NCBI RefSeq assembly: GCF_001194135.2
Contig: NC_068998.1
Coordinates: forward strand, 39,439,225 to 39,497,588
Source of the DNA: Octopus bimaculoides
Lineage: Eukaryota
Reading direction: 5' to 3'
Length of the DNA: 58,364 nt
The translations under genes were made by a program, and so were the position numbers. Position 1 is the stretch's first letter; each line of letters opens with the position of its first letter. Positions 42,567 to 54,933 of this stretch are shown here, piece by piece. The notes beneath the pieces are model-generated. The model saw nothing but the letters and a program-made list of their open reading frames with translations. It did not search any database and was not told where the DNA came from.

Positions 42567-43003
42567 AAACAAGGAGTGAAGTGAAATTAACTTACAGGTA
42601 GGTTGTTTATCTTTTTCCCAAGGAACTCATAGTTGTCCAGTTTCTTATTGTAGTGACCAACATCAATAAACATCTCGTAGAGCTCTGCAGGTAACAAACG
42701 CTTAAACAGACGTCGGTTCCTCTCCACACTGAAGAGGAAGCGTAGAGTTCGAAAGGAATTTTTCTGAAAAGTCAAATATAATCTGAGTGTTCAAAGGTTA
42801 AAGTTGATCTGAAATTAAACTGTATGTGTCTGTCTGTCTGTCTGTTTATCAGGCATGGCTGTGTGGTAAGAAGGTTGCTTCCCAACCACATGTTTCTGGG
42901 TTCAATCCCACAGCATGGCACCTAGGGCAAGTGTCTTTTACTATAGCCTCGGGCTGACCAAAGCCTTGTGAGTGGATTTGGTAGACGGAAACTGAAAGAA
43001 GCC

Positions 43004-43043
<40 letters not shown>

Positions 43044-43798
43044 TTTAAATAATAATAATAGTATTTTATACGCTTAAAGTTTATGGGGTTACCCTGAGTT
43101 TCTTGCTCATAAGGGGTTTAGCCTTATGGCGTATCTTCAGCCCCCAAACACTGCTGGCCTAAGACTTCTTTAAAAAATGGAGGTGGGGTAAAGCCTTGTT
43201 TTTAAGGGTAAAACCCTAGGTGTTTATCTCTCATTGCCACTGTTCATTGATCTTTGGTTGTGCTGCCATCTTGCGGTCACCAAAGCACCACAAAGGTAAA
43301 CGATTGTCTCCCTTCAGCCTTGGCTAGTGTCAATGGAAAAAAAAAATAGATTGATTCCTACATGTACCAATACCCATTTTTTCCACTGAGGGCTTATATG
43401 CCCCAATATTAGATTATTTCCTATAATCAATATATATGGTGAACACTTATAAGCGTAAAGTTTATAATTACTATTTACAGAATTTTCACTTGTCACCATT
43501 CCTTAATTTAACACAGAGTATATATATATATATATATCTCGATAGATAGATAGATAGATAAGTAGATAGATANNNNNNNNNNNNNNNNNNNNNNNNNNNN
43601 NNNNNNNNNNNNNNNNNNNNNNNNNNNNNNNNNNNNNNNNNNNNNNNNNNNNNNNNNNNNNNNNNNNNNNNNNNNNNNNNNNNNNNNNNNNNNNNNNNNN
43701 NNNNNNNNNNNNNNNNNNNNNNNNNNNNNNNNNNNNNNNNNNNNNNNNNNNNNNNNNNNNNNNNNNNNNNNNNNNNNNNNNNNNNNNNNNNNNNNNNN

Positions 43799-43833
<35 letters not shown>

Positions 43834-43919
43834 GTTTAACGTCCGCTTTCCATGCTAGCATGGGTTGGACGATTTGACTGAGGACTGGTGAAACCGGATG
43901 GCAACACCAGGCTCCAATC

Positions 43920-43957
<38 letters not shown>

Positions 43958-45351
43958 CAAGGTGTGGCTGTGTGGTTAAGAATTTTGCTTTGCAAGCACA
44001 TAATTTTTGAGTCCAGTCCCACAGTGTGGCATCTTAGGCAAGTGTTATCAACTGTAGCTTCAGGCCAAACAAAGCTTTGTGAGTGTATTTGGTGTATGGA
44101 AACTGAAACAAAGCCATTGTGTGTGTGTATGTGTGTATGTGTGAGTGTTCTAGGGAGTCAATTTGAGTAAAGATGTACAAAGGAAAGTCCCCTAAATAGA
44201 GTAAAATGTTATAAAAACTGCCATCTAAAACCAATAAATTTGAGGGTCTCAAATTAACTTTTAATGCTCTACAGACAGAAGAGGAATGCTATGATAATCC
44301 CAAACCCAATCTAGTGCAAAACTCCAAAGGACATAGAATTTCATCAAATATCAACAAGACAAGAGAAGTCAAAGAAGTTATGAAAGAGAGGGGGAGGAGA
44401 AAGGAGAGAAGGAGAGTACAACCACAAACCTGTAGTATACCAATAGCCAAATCCTTCCTTCTATCATTCATTGGCCGAGGCAAGATCAGCTGACCCAATA
44501 TGTAGATTCCATTGGCCAATACTATTTGATGCGCATTGGTATCATCAAGCACCAACTCCGTCAAAGCTGCACAACAGGCTGCAAATACAAGAAGCAGTTG
44601 CATAACACTTGAATGGAATTTTTAAATTAGGTGTACAACAAAGTAAGTATAACAAGGATTACTTCCAATTTAAGTACATGACCTGACATTTTGTGGGGAG
44701 GAAATTTATTTGATTACATCAACTCCAGTTCTCGACTGATACATTATTTCATTGGCTCTGAAAGGATGAAAGGCAAATTTGACCTTGATGGGATTTCAAC
44801 TCAGAATTTAAAGAAAAAAAATCCATCATCATGTATATTTTCAGTGTTCTAATGATTTTGTCTGCACATTAATAATTGTTTCTAATTTAGGTACAAAACC
44901 AGTGAAATTTTGAGGGGAGGGGGCTTAGTCAATACCATGGCCCTCAGTACTTGACTGACACTTTATTTTATCAACACCAGAGAGAGAGGAAAGTCAAAGT
45001 TGACATCAGTGGTATTTGACTCAGAATGTTTTACATTCTGAGCCAGAGGGATTTTTCCAATGTTCTATTGATTCTTCCAATATTTCACTTTAATAAAAAA
45101 AATAATAATAATAATAATCCTTTCTGCTAAAGACACAAGGCCTGGAATTTTGGGGGAGGGGGTTAGTTGATTACATCAACCCCAGTGTTTCACTGGTACT
45201 TATTTTATCAACCCTGAAAGGGTGAAAGGCAAAGCTGACTTTGGCAGAATTTGAACTCAGAATGTAGCAGCAGATGAAATATCACTAAGCATTTTGCCTG
45301 GTGTNNNNNNNNNNTGCCTGGTGTGCTAACAATTCTGCCAGCTCACTGCTT

Positions 45352-45398
<47 letters not shown>

Positions 45399-45406
45399 TA
45401 ATAATG

Positions 45407-45459
<53 letters not shown>

Positions 45460-46204
45460 CCTTTCTTCTACAGGCACAATAATGAAGCATTTAGTAAAAT
45501 AGCTTCACCATTATTAATCTGGTGTCTGGAAAATAAACTAATGTGAAATAATGGGAAGTTTTAATTTAGATCCCTTTAACTCTTTCATTACCATATTCTA
45601 ATTGAAATACATTGCCTTTCTTTCAATAATTCTTGAAAATAATGAAGAATTTAGAAGAATTATCATATTTAAACTGGTGTTTAGAACTTAAATTAACACA
45701 AACTTTTGATGGGAGGTTTAATTGAAATTACTTTAAAACAATGATTGTATCAGAGAACCAAGGCATCAAAACTCAGTTCTCCTCATTAATTGACCTCTAA
45801 GAGAAATATGTCAATGATAAAAAAAAATTAGTGAAAAAATACCTGATTTTAGTGAACAGCTCAATTCAAATGTATTTAAGTCCTGTAGATGCAGAATAAA
45901 AAAATAATTAAAATGATTATGAAAGAAAAAGATTCCAATATTTTAATGATGATAATTCCAAACCTTTATGTTTTATGGAGTCAATATAATTGGCAATACC
46001 TTGTGGTATTTAGTGAAATCTGTTCAGGTTCTGAGTTTGAATCATGTGAAGTTTGATTTTGCATATATACATAAAACGGCTCCCCAAAAAGTCCATTTAC
46101 TCACCTGAATCTCCGCCTCCTTCCCAGATGTGCCATTTTCTAAACTTGGTGTCTCTGTAATCTTCTCCCTGTAATGTACATATATATATATATGTGTGTG
46201 TGTG

Positions 46205-46242
<38 letters not shown>

Positions 46243-49200
46243 CACACACACACACAGAAGTTAAGAATGATTTTTCTGATGATTAATTTCCACTTTAATG
46301 AGCAGATATATATATGTGTATGTATACACACACACCCACACACCCACACTATAATCATATTTTTATCTCAGTTTCAGTAAATGATTGCTTAAATTTTTAT
46401 TGTGCAAGTGTATTCTTTTTCTATAATTTACAATCAATATTATCATTGAAACAGACATCCACTGATTTACAAGATTTTGATTTGCAAGATGAAACAATCA
46501 ACAATGTAAACCCAAGGACAAATATAATTTAGAAAATTATAAATCTCTTAAAACAGTAGAAAGTTCCAGAAACTTACTGCAGAAGTGAGAGCAGGAGTGG
46601 TATTCCTCCCATTTGTTTGATTTCATGTCTAGCATTAGCATCCTCACTAAGATTGACCAAACACCAAATCACTTGCCACTGTAGTTCCATGTTGCTGTTA
46701 TGTAACTGACTGAAACAATACAAAATATTCATTATATATCATCATCATCATCATTTAACCCTTTAGCATTCAAACTAGCTATGTCTGGCCAAAATATTTC
46801 ACCTGTTTTATGGTCAAACTGCCCAGATCTGGCCTCAGCCATCTACCTTATAATGTCATTCTAAAAATAAACAATGACATCATCAAAATCTCAAAGCTAC
46901 AAGATAATGCATGATTAATTGGAAATAGTATAAATAAATAAGCATCACATTTGAAGAGTAATCTGAATTCTAAAGGGTTAATGTCTACTTTTCCATGGTT
47001 GGAAGAGGTTTATCGAAGTAAACTTTCTATGGTCAGATATCCTTTCCATCACTGAGCCTAACCTGTTCCCAGGCAGGATAATATCTCCCCATGCCCAAAC
47101 ATGTTTTCACAGAATATTGAAAATAAATGACACTGCTTGCAAGACAGTGACACTCATTTGGCTTCAAATTTTGGCACAAGGCCAGTAACTTGGAGAGAAG
47201 GGTTAAGTTGATTACATTGACCTATGTTCAACTGGTACTTACTCTATTGACCGCCAAAAGCAATGAAAAAGAAAAACAAAGTCGACCTCAGCAGAGTTTG
47301 AACTCTGAATGTTAAGACATAAAATGCTGTTAAGCAATTTGTCTGGTGTGCTAACAATTCTGCCAGCTTGCCACCTTAAGAATGACACTCATTTATAACT
47401 ATTATGCAATGCCAAGACAAAGAAACATAATCATGAAAACACATGCGTGCACGCACACACACACACAATGAGCTTTTGTCAGTTCCATCTACCAAATTCA
47501 CTCACAAAGCTTAGGTTGGCCCAGGGTTACTGAAGAAGACATTTGTTTAAGGTGCCATACAGTAAGACTGAACCCAAAACCATGTGGTTGGTGCTGTATT
47601 TCTTACATTATTATTCTAGTTAGAGTTGTGATACCCACCTGAGCAAAACAGGTATTCCTTCATAATTCTTGACTAATTCCCTGCTCTGTTGATCATCACA
47701 CAGAAGTGTACGTAGGAGAGTAGAGGCTAATCTGAAACAACACAAAATAACATGACTGACATGAATGAATTTAGGAGCAGAAATATTCAGCTAGGAATGG
47801 TAAAAAGCATTATTGTTTGACTATGTTGCTTCACACAAATTTCTTGACTTTATTTTCTACTGAAATAAACGGCGCAGGTTTCTCAGTTTATCACCTTCAT
47901 CATCATCATTTTTACTACTTTTCCATGCTTGCATGGGTTAGACAAGACAACATTGAAGAGTTTGAAGAAGAACAACAAAGAAGACAACAATGATGACTAC
48001 AGTGACTTCATGGCCAGGCCATACCTCACACAAATTTGTCCTAACCTCTACAGTATATACTCTATATACATTTTTGAAACTGAGAAAATACACTTCATAC
48101 CTGATATCTATCTGACATTAAGCCATATCTTACTTTTTAGATGTGTCATCATATTCTTGGATAATCTTTAGTAAAATCTCAACAACATTAAGGTGTCCAA
48201 CAAGTTTGCAAGCTTCTGGACTACAAAAGAAAAGAGGTGGGAGGATAAGATTTAAATTGACAGCAATTTAGAAATGACAAAAGTAATTAGAATTAAGCAG
48301 AAAAGAAGGAAAATTACAGTAAATTGTGATGGATGATGGGATGGAAAAACACCAGTCAGAATCCAGGGAAACTGGTGTTGGCATATGTCAGCAGATACTT
48401 CTTTGATTGTCAAAGTATAAAGTTCTGTAAGTTTGTATGCAGCTGGAAAACAAATTTCTTGATGTTTTGGATTGAGCCTTCTTTTATTTCTTTCCTGTAT
48501 CACCACCTCAAGAATAGAACCTTTCATCTCAGCCAGAAATATTGGGAATTGAAGAAAATATTTTCCCAATACATTGATCTAGCTTTCAGAAAGTTGTCCC
48601 ATATATATATCACATTCTCTGGCATACAAGTTGAATTTTTTAGACCAAAATTTATAGCAAAAAAAAAAAAAAAGGTAGATTTACTTTTACATCAAGACAA
48701 CTTTGGAGGATCAGAAAAGCCAGGATTTGGAAAGATAGTGATGAAGATTGAATGTTTACACTACATGGTTACACTATATACTAGGCTGACTTGTATGCTG
48801 GAAAATGCAGTGTAAATTTTATCAACCCTGGAAAAATGAAAGGCAAAGTTGACCTTGGTGGGATTTGAACTCAGAATTTAAAGAATGGTAATTAAATATG
48901 ACAGGCATTTTGTTTGACATTAATGATTCTGCCAATCTACCGCCTGACAATGATATTGTCGCGTTGAAATTAAAAATACATCAATGTCCTCTCATAATTC
49001 ATCCATGTCACCATGGCTGTGTCTTGGACTTTGAAATATAATTTTATAACAACTTTTATTCCTGTTTTGCACTGTGATAATTCAAAGAAAAGATTTACCT
49101 TTTGGTCAATGTTATCAGGCAATGCAGGGAACAATGGACCAGGAGAAGATCAGGAAACGAAATCAGCAAAACCAAAGACTATGACAAGAAGAAGAAAAAA

Positions 49201-52200
49201 AAAACCAACAACAAATAAACAAAGAGTATGTTAACCTTTACTGATAGGTATTCCAGTAATAATGTTAAATTAGTATTTTCTGCATGTCAATTTGCCTCAA
49301 TAAACTGGACTTATCTCAACAAAAATTAGTTTTGAACATGACGTTCCTCAACAAAAGATTGGTTTACAAAACTGTTTTCTGCAGTTAAGGGTGATGAAAT
49401 TTAACGTGGCTATATCTGCTTTCCACAGTAAAAAGTGTTAGTGTAAATCTCAGTACAAAAATATACATCATCAAAGTTTAATGGGAGAAAATAGTTGAAA
49501 CTAAAGAAACTAGAGATAGTTCTTTTTTTTATTGGTATAAAGTAAATATGAGAAATTCATGTGGAAAGTCAGTTTGACCTTTAGCATGCTGTAGACACAT
49601 CATGTCATCGTACAAGTTTTCTCCCCTCTCAATGTGATACAATGTGCCTGCAAGCTACAGAAGAGAGAACTCATATGGTGCCAAAATGTGCCTAAGCATG
49701 CTAAAGGTTAATGTTACATATGTTTTGATGAACAACCGTATATTTTGTATTATATATAAGGGTTATGTAATGTAACATAGTAAATTTAAAACCTGTTCCC
49801 TTTATCAGACATTTTCATCTCAAATATATACATATATGTACATACACACACATGTATGTGTAGTATGTTTATTTTTGTCTGTCTGTATGTTTATCACCAC
49901 TTGAAACACAACAATATCTGTGCTTATGGCTCATAACTTAGAAGTGAAACAAATATAAATCAGTAAAACAAGTACCAGGCTTTAAAACAATAGGTGCAGT
50001 GTTCCTGTATGACTGCAGTAAAAGAGTCAAAAATTATCTTTTATCTTTTATGTTTCAGTCATTAGACCGTGGCCATGCTAGGACACCACCTTGAAGAAAC
50101 TTTAGTCAAATGAATTGACCCCAGTACTTTTTTTTTTAAAGCCTGGTACTTATATCACTCTTTTGCCGAACTGCGAAGATACAGAGATGTAAACGAACCA
50201 ACACCAGTTGTCAAGTGGTGATGGGGGACAAACAAACACAAAGACACACACATGTACATATATATACGATAAGCTTCTTTCAGTTTCTACCAAATCCACT
50301 CACAAGGCTTTAGTTAGCCTGAGGTTATAGTAGAAGACACTTGCCCAAGGTGCCATGCAGTGGGACTGAACCTAGAAGCAAGCTTCTAACCACACAGTCA
50401 CACTTGCGATTTGTTATGCAATGAATGTTGATTACATAGAAGACAGAACTCTAAGCTTCCCATGAAATAAAACAGCCTCTCTAATGCTGACACCACAATA
50501 ACAGACACCCACCTAGTGCAGGAGTAGAATGGAGTGCACTGTATATAACCATTTCCTGCACTGACACAAGGGAAGGATTTCCATTGATTAAATTCACTGG
50601 TACTAATTTTGAAAACCCTGGAAGGATTGATTCCAGAGAAATTTGCACTTAAAATATAAAATCATATAACGAAATACTGCAAGGCATCTAGTCTGGTGCT
50701 CTACAGTTCCTTCCATTCCACCATCTTTGTGGAGGAACTGTTTGGAAATATACTTGGCAAATATGTTTGTTTGCTTTGCACTTCTGAGCTCAATCTTTTC
50801 TGTAACCCTTTAGCATTCAAACCAGCCATGTCTGGCCCAAAATATTCTATCTGTTTTTTTTTTGTTCAAACTGGCCTGGTCCAGCCTCTCATATTTGCCC
50901 TTCATTGTCGTTCTAAAAATAAACAATCACATCATTGGAATCTTAAAGCTATGAGATAATCCATGATTAATTCAAAGCAATGTAAATAAATAAGCATTAC
51001 GTCTGACAAAGTAATCTGAAAGCTAAGGGGTTAATCTGCTGAGGTTTATCGGGACAACTTTTCAGCATGCCCTTTTTCTGAAATCCCTACATAAGCATAA
51101 GTTCTTTAACGGTACTCTTATGAACCCATTGCATTATATATGAAAAATGATATTTACCTGATATACATCAGCTGTAAGGAGCCATTTTCTTTGATCTGCA
51201 CAGGTAGATAATTTATGGAATATATCTGGAACGAAAACAAAAATGTCATGTTGGAACTACATAGTACCAGACTTGGTGTGAACTAGGAACCTTTGTTTCT
51301 AAATTAAAGGCACTGAAATATTAGCTTTTATCTTTAACTTGCGTCAGTCATTAGACTGCAGCCATGCTGGGGCACTGCTTTGAGCAATTTTTAGTCAAAT
51401 GAATCAACCCAAGTACTTGTTCTATTGGTCTCTTTTGCCAAACTACTAAGTTACAAGGATGCAAACAAACCATCACTGGTTTGTTTGTCAAGAGGCAGTG
51501 GAGGACAAACACAGACATCAAGACACGCATACAAATGACAGACTTCTTTCAGTTTCCATCTACCAAATCAACTCACAAAGTTTTTGTCAGCCCGAGGCTA
51601 CAGTAGAAGATAATTGCCCAAGGTGCCATGCAGTGGGACTGAACCTGGAGCCATGTGGTTGGGAAGCTAATTTCTTACCACACAGCCATGCCCATGCCTA
51701 TTAGATAACAAAACATGAAACATTTCCAATTCAGTGTTCTATTATCTCAACCATTCCCACCTACCACTGTCACCAACACCATCACCACCACTACAAAGGA
51801 TAAATGAAATATTGACTTGATTGATATCTCACTAGTAACTTCTTTTAAGATTTCTCGAACATAAGGAGTTTCTCCATATTGCAGATAACGATTAACATTT
51901 TCTTTCAGAATCTGAAAAAGAAAGAAAATAAGAAAAATAGAAAATAATAGTGAAAAAATAAGACAGAAATTAAACAAAATATTTCTAACTTCATTAAATT
52001 CTATGTACAAAGTTCAGTAAATCAAAATACATTTTAGATACAACATGGCCACAATATCATATTGCACTTTATAAAACATGGTAGACTGTGGTACCACACA
52101 CCTTATAAAATATGACTTGGATATTGCACAATACATCGAACTGGGCCTTATACAACTTACTAAACTACCATACAGTACTCTACATACCAAGGCTAGACAA

Positions 52201-54897
52201 CCACACTGCACTTTGTAAAAGATGACCAGGTGTGTTGTGTAGCGTACCATGCATTACCCCACACAATATAGTCAAACTACCACATTAAACCTTATACAAC
52301 CTACCAAGCTGCTGTACAGTACCCTACACAATATGACTAGACTGTTATATTATACACTAAACACTGCACCTTATTATATACATCAGTGGTTCTCAACCAT
52401 TTTTTTGTCTATAGACCCTTTTAATTCCTATTTAACTTTAGCTCCCAGAGACATTTGATGCTTTAAAAAGTCTCATTATATTTTTATACTTAAATATTAG
52501 GAATTGTATCAAAAGAATTGTTGAAATATTTTGTGTATTGTAGAAGTATAACCAAATTATTGCACATCAATTTTAACAGCAAAATCTTATATGGACTCTG
52601 GTTGAGAACCATTGATATACATATATCTCCCTTAGATAAACATATCCCAGAAAATCACAAATACAGAAAGATCTTCAACAGATGCTCAGTTAAATTACCA
52701 TATAGCTGCTTCCCCAAGATAAAGAACATCATTACCTTCAAACACCATTAAGAGCCCACTCCTATTTATTGCATAGTACACCTAACTGGAACTTCTACAA
52801 CTTACTCTGTTTCTGTATCATATACACAACCAGACTACAAATAAAGCAACATGCATAATAAGCCCAGACTATCAGATTGTTCCTTATATGGCCACCACTA
52901 CAATACAGTATTCCATGCAATACGATCATAATATATACCAAACAACCAAACTGCATCCTACAGAACACAGTCCTTTCCTAGATACAGGCCTGCACAAAGT
53001 TTTATTATGATAGATCAGTAGTTGCCCTTGTAGGCAACTTTATCCACTCTATGTTACCAATGTTGATCCCCTCCTTACTAAAAAGAAAAAAAGGGGGCCA
53101 ATACAGCTTGGAATTAGCTTTAGCAGAAGTGTTATCATCAGAACAAATACTAAAGGGCATCTCATTAGACCCTCCAACAATTCTGTCAATCTTTCATCCT
53201 TAACTGGTACTTCATTTAACCTAAAAATGTTGGGAAGGATCTGAACTTAAAGACTAGATTTAGAACATATGCCACAAGGTGCTTTAATATGATGTTCTAA
53301 CAATTGCATTAATTCACCATCATGTTTTAGTTTAAAAACAACATTAAAAAAGAAAAAATGTAAAAGAAAAGAAATGAAAACGCAGTCTTTCCTACCTCAG
53401 CTGAACTTTTGATTCCATTTAAGTCAAAAAACAGAGTTCGGTAGGTTTTGTCCCTCATTATAATACGTAATGAAACTAACAGACGCAGAAGGTTGTCTGA
53501 AGGAATAAGTTGCTTCCATTTCCTGGACAAAACATAGGAAGTAAAGCACTATATTACTCTTTTACTTGTTTCAGCCGTGTAGCAGCACCATACAAAATAG
53601 AAATTTCATTATTTCTAAATCTCTCAAAGAGAGATATACAGTAACAGCACCATAAAGTAATGATTTTTTTGCCAACATAATGTGGCAGTCCCAGGATGGG
53701 ACGAATGTTACTGTTATCTAGCCCCAGTTGTGCTGGGTGGAGCTATTGATCTCCCCTGTTTAAAAATATAAGGACACAGAATTTTTTCTGTCGTGTAGCC
53801 AGCAGGAAATGATGTTTCTTGGGGCTAAATTACAGTAACATTCGTCCCACCCTGGGACTGCCACATTATGTTGGCAAAAAGTCATTACTATGTAAATACA
53901 TATATAGTTATGAGCTACTAACAGTTTCATACATTAGAAACGTGATCTAAGCAGGTTTTTACAACACACCTAGTGTCTCCAAGAAACCTTCAGGCTCTGA
54001 GCACATAGCCTATACAAGTTACAAATCAGGACAATAAAACAAGAGAAACAACGAGAAAAAAAAAAAGAGGTAGGTGAATGCAAAATGTGGAAAGGTGGGA
54101 AAAAACATGAAAAGGGGGCGAAAAAAGAGGAGAGTTAGAGTTATGTCCCCTTCAACTGTCAAGCCAAAAAAAGGCTAGTTGCAGTTGTATCCACAGAAAG
54201 GGTCTAAAGTCTGCAATACAGCTGTTCAAACTGGAGAGTGGGTGATGTCCTCCATTTGTTTAGGTTTGCTGAAAATTCTGATCAGGAATTCAGCAGAGGA
54301 ATTCTTAGATCTAAAAAGGATATGCGATCTTTCAGCTACACATAACTTACATTTCTTAGACTCATTAACATATGGTATGGATTTTTCTAAGATTTTCTAC
54401 TTGATTGTATGTGGCATGAAGTTGGTCCTCAAGCCCCATACATGGCTAGCCAAAATAGAAGCTTTACTTTTGTCAATGTGCTGGAAAGAAGACAGATGGT
54501 TACCATAGCGACTTTTCAAATCGTCTTTGCATATCCCAATGTAATTCTTCTTTACAGTTAGGTTAACATGTAGTGTTGCTGTAACTTTTACTTCATATAC
54601 CACTTTATCATGCATGCTTGATTGAGTGAGCAAACTCCAGACTCCTGAGAATTGCAACTTGGAGTGGGTTCTTGATGTTGTTTGAAGGTAGTGATGTTCT
54701 TCACATTGGGGCAGCAGCTGCATGATAATTTAATTGAGCGTCTGTTGAAGAATCTTTCTGCATTTCTGATTTTCTGGAAAATGTTTATCTAAGAGAGACA
54801 GAAATCTCTTGCCTGTGTGTGTGTGTACATATGTATATATGTGTGTGTATGTATAAATGTGTATATATACATGCATATACATATATATATAGATATA

Positions 54898-54933
<36 letters not shown>

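Larger units (their letters stand above)
52020..52990. repeat. Degenerate (ACTAC/ACAAC)-like low-complexity tract, interrupted by the hAT MITE and Penelope fragment
   Basis: Recurrent ACTACA/ACCACA/ATACAA motifs. Confidence 0.6.

Noticed and set aside
42850-42930. tRNA-like sequences with A and B boxes
   Set aside because: They continue into SINE bodies and lack full cloverleafs, so they are SINE heads rather than tRNA genes.
45998-46030. Extra NEK10 exon between the 64-nt and 40-nt exons (AAG|GTATTG donor)
   Set aside because: The 20-nt and 31-nt versions break frame or introduce TAA.
48333-48815. 160-aa plus-strand ORF in a NEK10 intron
   Set aside because: No recognisable motif, contains a poly-A-derived Lys run, and is compatible with chance in AT-rich DNA. 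A BLASTP hit would change this.
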